Below are positions 34,290-39,236 of a stretch of DNA of 39,236 nucleotides, piece by piece. This stretch comes from an uncultured Candidatus Saccharibacteria bacterium (lineage in GTDB: Bacteria; Patescibacteriota; Minisyncoccia; Phycocordibacterales; UBA9973), in contig CAYNLU010000006.1 of assembly GCA_964398205.1 (NCBI GenBank), positions 1 through 39,236 on the forward strand, written 5' to 3'. The first letter of the stretch is position 1, and every line of letters begins with the position of its first letter. Under the pieces are notes generated by a model. It saw only the letters and a program-made list of their open reading frames with translations. It did not search any database and was not told the origin of the DNA. Position numbers and translations under genes: made by a program.

Positions 34290-34357
34290 AATCGTGGAAT
34301 TCAATACACAAAGGTGTATTGAATCCAAAAAAGAGTTTTTCTTATAAAACCTCTTTT

Positions 34358-34385
34358 AGCCCTGCAAAAGTGTTGGGGCTTTTTT
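34358..34385 (+). terminator. Intrinsic terminator
   Basis: AGCCC...GGGCT stem followed by T5. Confidence 0.5.
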
Positions 34386-34419
34386 GTTGATTTTTTGGGA
34401 TTTTTGTGATACTTTTATT

Positions 34420-34579
34420 AAAGTACAAAATGTTCATCCAGTTTGGGGGGTCCGACTTCTTATACATATGAAATTGGTTATTTTAATTTGTAAGTCGGGC
34501 CCCGTTTAAAATATAAACGGCATTTAAATTTTAAGCGGTGGTTCCCGGTTTCTCTTTCTATAGAGGACCGGGGCTTTTT
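34420..34579 (+). ncRNA. Candidate structured RNA B, sharing its terminator module with RNA A
   Basis: TGtGATACT box at 34405-34413. 12-bp stem GGGGTCCGACTT 34447-34458 / AAGTCGGGCCCC 34492-34503. Hairpin CCGTTTA/TAAACGG. Terminator 34544-34579 nearly identical to 33494-33528. Confidence 0.4.
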
Positions 34580-34590
34580 ATTGTAAATCT

Positions 34591-34609
34591 GGGAAGGACG
34601 GTTCTTCTC
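34591..34609 (+). repeat. Palindromic element copy 3 (GGGAAGGAC-G-GTTCTTCTC)
   Basis: Two C-to-T changes in the 3' arm, both leaving G:U pairs in plus-strand RNA. Confidence 0.55.
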
Positions 34610-34635
34610 AAGCACTTGCTATTTTTATATATATG

Positions 34636-34644
34636 TGATATAAT
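34636..34644 (+). promoter_or_regulatory. Extended -10 promoter TGaTATAAT
   Basis: TG 34636-34637, TATAAT 34639-34644, ATG 34669. Confidence 0.5.
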
Positions 34645-34668
34645 ATAGTTAATAAAAATTCTTTGGAA

Positions 34669-34956
34669 ATGTCAGGACACAGTAAGAGTCACGGATCAAG
34701 CTTAAATTTTTTAAGCATATTCCGTTACTTCGTAGGGTTTACGGAAAGATTTTTTATAAATCTTTTCAGAAACTTGAAATGGCTATTTAATAATAGCCGG
34801 ACTGCCAATAGTCATTTTGATAGTATCTTTTTAAGACACTTCTCAAATGATTATTTACTTCCCACAAAAATTTTAATAGTAGCCTTATTATTGATTTTTT
34901 TCTGGCAAGTTGTAGTATTTGTTCTGGTTCTTTGGACCATAGCAAAATCGATTTAA
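34669..34956 (+). CDS. Hypothetical tail-anchored small membrane protein
   Basis: 95 aa from the ATG; C-terminal helix ILIVALLLIFFWQVVVFVLVLW; no family recognised. Confidence 0.55.
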   Translation: MSGHSKSHGSSLNFLSIFRYFVGFTERFFINLFRNLKWLFNNSRTANSHFDSIFLRHFSNDYLLPTKILIVALLLIFFWQVVVFVLVLWTIAKSI

Positions 34957-34983
34957 AAAGCTTACTCGTTAAGCTTTTTTTTT
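34957..34983 (+). terminator. Intrinsic terminator
   Basis: AAAAGCTTA-ctcgt-TAAGCTTTT running into T9. Confidence 0.65.
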
Positions 34984-34994
34984 GTTGTATTTTT

Positions 34995-35013
34995 GGGAAG
35001 GACCGTCTTTCCT
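34995..35013 (+). repeat. Palindromic element copy 4 (GGGAAGGAC-C-GTCTTTCCT)
   Basis: Two C-to-T changes in the 3' arm, again G:U-compatible in plus-strand RNA. Confidence 0.55.
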
Positions 35014-35037
35014 AATATTTAAGTTTTTCCTAAAAAG

Positions 35038-35046
35038 TGGTATACT
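35038..35046 (+). promoter_or_regulatory. Extended -10 promoter TGgTATACT of the nuclease-helicase operon
   Basis: TG 35038-35039, TATACT 35041-35046. Confidence 0.5.
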
Positions 35047-35094
35047 TTTGATAGTTTATGCTTATAAAATTATTACCTAAAATTTAATAAAATT

Positions 35095-36246
35095 ATGGAA
35101 AAAGAACAATTAAAGGAAATATTTAATAATTTTCTTATTAATTATGATTTGGAAACAAAGGATATTATTTGGGAAAAGCAAAGCAATTTATTTAGGGATT
35201 TTTGGAATAATAGAGTAATGTCTGGTCAAAAAGAAGATTTAAGTGATTCTGAAATAGATGAAGTTGTTAAAATTCTTGATAGAAATGGAAAGGGTAATAC
35301 TTTTGGATGTGAATCTGTGGCTAAGGCAATGGTATCTCAAGGAGCGTGGAGAAGAATGTTTAATGAATTAAAGAATAAGAAAGATATAGGTCAATGTTTA
35401 GATAAAACTTTTAAAAGTTTAGGTGGAGATAGGATAAACGCAATTAATGAATTGTATAAAAAAAATGAAGGTAATAAAAATGGTTTAACTGGGCCAAGTG
35501 GAAATCCTGTAAATGCTATGATTTTTGCTTGGGATCCATCAAATAATTTAAGTGTTATTTCTCTTAAAGATCGTAAAAAAGTTATTGAGTATTTTAAATT
35601 TGATAATAATACAGATTTTGAAAATGATTCAATAGGGGAAAAGATAGTTAAATCAAATGAAGATATTATTAAAGGGTTTAAAAATTTAAATATTTATGGG
35701 TCTCCTAGAACTATAAGCAGTTTTTTATATTTTCAATTAGTTAAATCTTTGTGGAAAGATGAAACAGAAGCTAATGTTATCCCTTCGCAGGAAGAACAAG
35801 CAGAAACCGAACAAATCACGATAGAAGAAAAAAATAGTGGGGATAGAACACTTTTCTATATGGAAAAGGAGCTTGAAAATTTCTTAATAAAAAATTGGGA
35901 AAAAACAGAACTTGGTAAAAAGTATGACTTAATAGATGAAGATGGAAAGTTTAGCCAACAATATCCTACCGGTGTTGGCCCAATAGATATTTTAGTAAAA
36001 GATAAAAAAGATGGAACATATGTTGTTATAGAGTTAAAAAGAGATCAAACAAGCGACGTAACAGTAGGACAGTTAACTAGATATATGGGTTGGTTGGAAG
36101 AAAATAAAACAAATGGCAAGTCTACAAAAGGAATAATAATAGTTGGTAGTTATGATGAAAAGCTTCATTACGCTTCAAAAAAAATTGCCGGTTGTGAAAT
36201 TTTAATGTATCAAGTTGATTTTCAGTTAAAAGAATATAAGAAATAA
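35095..36246 (+). CDS. Two-domain protein: unknown N-terminal domain + NucS/DUF91-type PD-(D/E)xK nuclease domain
   Basis: C-terminus GVGPIDILVKDKKDGTYVVIELKRDQTSDVTVGQLTRYMGWL...KGIIIVGSYDEKL matches the NucS C-domain pattern (D...ExK). Confidence 0.8.
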   Translation: MEKEQLKEIFNNFLINYDLETKDIIWEKQSNLFRDFWNNRVMSGQKEDLSDSEIDEVVKILDRNGKGNTFGCESVAKAMVSQGAWRRMFNELKNKKDIGQCLDKTFKSLGGDRINAINELYKKNEGNKNGLTGPSGNPVNAMIFAWDPSNNLSVISLKDRKKVIEYFKFDNNTDFENDSIGEKIVKSNEDIIKGFKNLNIYGSPRTISSFLYFQLVKSLWKDETEANVIPSQEEQAETEQITIEEKNSGDRTLFYMEKELENFLIKNWEKTELGKKYDLIDEDGKFSQQYPTGVGPIDILVKDKKDGTYVVIELKRDQTSDVTVGQLTRYMGWLEENKTNGKSTKGIIIVGSYDEKLHYASKKIAGCEILMYQVDFQLKEYKK

Positions 36247-36249
36247 TTT

Positions 36250-39236
36250 ATGGATAAAAAAGTTGTAAAAATTGATAAAATTAATAATATAAATGAAACT
36301 TTTTCATATGTTATAATCTACGTATATTCTATTCCAGGAGAAACACACAAAGGTCGTCTTAAAATTGGTAAAGCAACCATGACTTCTCCCGATCCAACAC
36401 AAGAAGATATTGAGTTAGTTGCTCGTGAGCGCATAAAACAACAAACAAACACCGCTGATATTTCGTATAAACTTGAGCATGCTGAATTAGCTATTACAAA
36501 TGATGGTAAGTTTTGTTTTTTTGATACTGATGTTCATGATGTACTTATTCGCTCTGGATTTCCACGTAAATCTGAAAATACTAAAAATTCTCGATCTGAA
36601 TGGTTTGAAGTTAATTTAGAAGTAGCAAAGAATGCAATCCAAGCAGTAAAAGAAGGACGAAAAGCATTATTCACTGAAGAAAGAATTATCGCTAACGCCT
36701 ATCAATTTCCATTCCGCCCAAATCAATTAGATGCTATTAATAAAACTAATAAAGCTATTAAGAAAAACCGAAAACATTTTCTTTGGAACGCAAAAATGCG
36801 TTTTGGTAAAACATCTGCAGCTATGCAGGTAGCTAAAGAAAATAAAATGAAAAAAGTTCTGATTGTAACCCATCGGCCTAGTGTGAGGGTTGATTGGTAT
36901 GATGATTTTAATAAAGTATTAGCAGATGCAAATTACCAATATTCTTCAAAGACTGAAGGAGAAAATATTAAAATACTCAGCAAAAATGATAAGCCATTTG
37001 TGTATTTTGCATCATTGCAAGATTTACGTGGATCAAAGCGTGTAGTAGAAGATGATTCGTCTGGATCTAAAGCAGGAGGGTTTGATAAAAACGATGAGGT
37101 TTTTGACACTACGTGGGACATGTTAATTGTTGATGAAGCTCACGAGGGAACACAGACAGGGCTTGGTGATACTACTTTAGATAAAATTTCAAAAAATTTT
37201 ATGTTGCAACTTTCTGGTACTCCATTTAATATTTTACATAAACACGAGGAGGAAGATATTTATACATGGGATTATGTAATGGAGCAAGAACAAAAACTTA
37301 ATTGGGACCAACGAAACCCTGGAGTACCTAATCCTTATGCAGAATTACCAGTTCTTAGTATATTTACTTATGATGTAGATACATTCAAAAGTCACATCGG
37401 CAATCTAGGTGAAAATTTCCATGATTCTTTAGATGGTGCTTTTAAATTCCATGAGTTTTTTCGTGTTCATAAAGACGAAGAAGGAAATGATACTTCTGAG
37501 TTTGTTCATGAGGCTATGGTAAAAAAATTTTTAGATTTACTTGTAGATGATACGTTGCAAACCAAATTCCCTTACGCCACAGAACAATATCGTAACTATA
37601 ACAAACACTCTCTCTGGTTATTACCTAATCGTACAGAAGTAATTAAGGCAATGGAAAAATTACTTAAAAATCATGATGTTTTTGGTAAATTTGGTATCAT
37701 AAATATTTCTGGTAATAATTACGATGATGATGAGGATAGTGATGCTAAAAATCGGGTCACTAAATCAATAAAAGACAATGATTATACAATTACACTTACA
37801 GGTCAGCGTCTTACTACAGGAGCATCTATTCAGGAATGGACAGCGGTATTTATGATGTCTGATACTAGTTCAGCGACTACGTATTTACAAACAGCATTTC
37901 GTTGTCAAACTCCAGCCAAAATAGATGGGAAGCTAAAAACTCAAGGATATGTGTTTGATTTTGCGCCAGATCGTACTTTGAGACTTATTGCTGAAGCTAT
38001 AGAACTCAATCATAAATCTGGAAAAACTAACTCCCCTGAACAAAAAAAGGCAATGGAGGATTTTTTAAACTTTTGCCCAATTCTCGCCGCAAAAGGTGGA
38101 ACGATGAAGCCTTATGATGTTGGTGAAATGTTGGGTCAGCTAAAAAAAGCAATTATCGAACGAGTGAGTCGAAATGGTTTTGATGATCCAAAACTTTATA
38201 ATGATGAATTGTTAAAACTTGATGAATTAGATATGGCAAAGTTTAACCAACTTAAAGAAATTGTTGGAAAATCTACAGGTGAAAAAATAAATGAAATTAA
38301 AATTAATGAACTCGGTATGGATGACCTTAAGATGAAAAAAGCCGAGGAAGCTGAACGCAAGAAGAAGCAAGAGCTAACAGAAGAACAAAAAGAGGCTTTG
38401 AAAAAATTAAAAGAAGCTCGTGACCAAAAGAAAGCAGCTATCAGTATTTTACGCGCAGTAAGTATACGCATGCCAATGTTGGTATACGGTGCTGACGTAT
38501 CGATACGAGAAGATATAACATTGCAAAAGTTCATTGATATTGTTGATGAAGAGTCCTGGCAAGAATTTATGCCAGCAGGATTGACAAAAGAAGGCTTCAA
38601 GGAGTTTACCAAATACTATGATGAAGACGTTTTCAAAGGTGTTGCGCACAGTATCCGGGCTAAAGCTTTTGATTGTGATAATCTTTTACCAACAGAGCGA
38701 ATACAGGCGATTGCAGAAATATTTAGTACCTTCAAAAATCCTGACAAAGAAACAGTGCTAACTCCATGGAATGTTGTAAATAAACATTTAACACTAGCGT
38801 TTGGAGGTCATGATTTTTGTAGTGGAGTTACAGATAAAACAGGAAAACCAGAATGGAAAAGTCATGACGTTGATACAAATCTGTGGGATCAAGATGACAC
38901 AAAAATTCTTGAGATAAACTCAAAGTCTGGATTATATCCATTATTAGTATCATATAACATATATACAAGAAAACTCAGAAAAGAAAAAGGTAAAAAATCG
39001 GAAGAAAAAATATCAGTACAATTATGGAATAAAGCTCTAGAAGATAATATTTTTGTATTGTGTAAGAGCCCAATGGCAAAAAGTATAACATTTAGAACTT
39101 TGGCTGGATATAAAGAAAAAATAAAAACTAATATTATTTATATTGAGGATTTAATTAAAAAATTACAAAAAAAAGATAATTATAAAGATTACAATTTTAA
39201 AGTCGAATTATTAGAAAAATTTAATTTAGATAAAAA
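36250..39236 (+). CDS. Partial CDS (3' end beyond window): T5orf172/GIY-YIG-like domain + SF2 DEAH (ResIII-type) helicase + coiled coil + methyltransferase-like region
   Basis: Translated by hand: 995 codons with no stop, not in the ORF track. YVY..GRLKIGKAT...SEWFEV; AKMRFGKTS (GKT 36805-36813); DEAH 37132-37143; SGTP 37213-37224; QTAFRCQ 37888-37908. Confidence 0.85.
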   Translation, partial: MDKKVVKIDKINNINETFSYVIIYVYSIPGETHKGRLKIGKATMTSPDPTQEDIELVARERIKQQTNTADISYKLEHAELAITNDGKFCFFDTDVHDVLIRSGFPRKSENTKNSRSEWFEVNLEVAKNAIQAVKEGRKALFTEERIIANAYQFPFRPNQLDAINKTNKAIKKNRKHFLWNAKMRFGKTSAAMQVAKENKMKKVLIVTHRPSVRVDWYDDFNKVLADANYQYSSKTEGENIKILSKNDKPFVYFASLQDLRGSKRVVEDDSSGSKAGGFDKNDEVFDTTWDMLIVDEAHEGTQTGLGDTTLDKISKNFMLQLSGTPFNILHKHEEEDIYTWDYVMEQEQKLNWDQRNPGVPNPYAELPVLSIFTYDVDTFKSHIGNLGENFHDSLDGAFKFHEFFRVHKDEEGNDTSEFVHEAMVKKFLDLLVDDTLQTKFPYATEQYRNYNKHSLWLLPNRTEVIKAMEKLLKNHDVFGKFGIINISGNNYDDDEDSDAKNRVTKSIKDNDYTITLTGQRLTTGASIQEWTAVFMMSDTSSATTYLQTAFRCQTPAKIDGKLKTQGYVFDFAPDRTLRLIAEAIELNHKSGKTNSPEQKKAMEDFLNFCPILAAKGGTMKPYDVGEMLGQLKKAIIERVSRNGFDDPKLYNDELLKLDELDMAKFNQLKEIVGKSTGEKINEIKINELGMDDLKMKKAEEAERKKKQELTEEQKEALKKLKEARDQKKAAISILRAVSIRMPMLVYGADVSIREDITLQKFIDIVDEESWQEFMPAGLTKEGFKEFTKYYDEDVFKGVAHSIRAKAFDCDNLLPTERIQAIAEIFSTFKNPDKETVLTPWNVVNKHLTLAFGGHDFCSGVTDKTGKPEWKSHDVDTNLWDQDDTKILEINSKSGLYPLLVSYNIYTRKLRKEKGKKSEEKISVQLWNKALEDNIFVLCKSPMAKSITFRTLAGYKEKIKTNIIYIEDLIKKLQKKDNYKDYNFKVELLEKFNLDK

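Noticed and set aside
27629-35013. ACGG-containing loop of the GGGAAGG hairpins as guanidine-II (mini-ykkC) riboswitch hairpins
   Set aside because: The loop is ACGGT or ACCGT rather than a conserved ACGR tetraloop. The hairpins occur singly rather than in tandem pairs, and no guanidine exporter or carboxylase gene follows.
31460-36246. Same-orientation small genes separated by imperfect palindromes, read as an integron cassette array
   Set aside because: No intI integrase or attI is present. The palindromes lack the attC R''/R' cores (RYYYAAC / GTTRRRY). Each gene has its own promoter and terminator, and metK with its riboswitch is a core gene.
659-38649. Many track ORFs antisense to or overlapping strong genes (e.g. 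659..871, 1836..2084, 2825..3106, 4837..5142, 7007..7222, 8542..8940, 9721..9960, 10787..10993, 11552..11806, 12151..12366, 13618..14161 set, 16867..17124, 17432..17617, 18011..18232, 20076..20294, 21811..22047, 22305..22700, 22842..23840 set, 25595..25792, 25827..26156, 27499..27726, 32319..32588, 32924..33177, 33741..34227, 36933..37121, 38196..38649)
   Set aside because: They are low-complexity shadow frames inside genes with clear family motifs on the other strand or frame. None has an independent signal.
1-39236. CRISPR arrays, rRNA genes, IS elements/transposases, prophage structural genes
   Set aside because: No regularly spaced direct repeats, no rRNA-like conserved segments and no transposase- or integrase-like ORFs were seen on either strand.

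Overview
AT-rich (~30% GC) bacterial window with compact, mostly housekeeping content. It looks like a small-genome, CPR/Patescibacteria-like organism (inference). Core genes: trxB; ftsZ-ftsA-ybeY-rpsU on the minus strand; greA-lysS; a truncated dcw cluster (mraZ-rsmH-ftsL-like-ftsI-murF); an exonuclease-rmuC-GATase operon; yqeY-MYG1-obg-gatB; fba; an FAD oxidase; a short metK behind a SAM riboswitch; and one tRNA-Glu(CUC). Two accessory regions stand out. (1) 13.3-16.1 kb holds a C-protein-controlled type II R-M cassette wedged between murF and the tRNA. Its C5-cytosine methyltransferase is fused in one ORF to a complete LexA-type self-cleaving repressor (wHTH, Ala-Gly site, S24 Ser/Lys dyad). 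(2) 31.5-39.2 kb has hairpin-dense spacers with a recurring GGGAAGGAC-N-GTCCTTCCC element and two promoter-to-terminator structured-RNA candidates that share a terminator module. These are followed by a tightly coupled two-gene operon: a NucS/DUF91-type nuclease protein and a >995-aa protein (T5orf172/GIY-YIG-like domain, DEAH helicase, methyltransferase-like region). The second gene runs off the window and is absent from the supplied ORF track. Also notable: a 1122-aa membrane-anchored beta-helix/LCAT-like lipase surface protein, MraZ operator boxes, a widespread TGnTAnAAT-N6-ATG (leaderless) promoter geometry, and no TGA stop in 38 complete CDS. No CRISPR array, transposase or integrase was seen.
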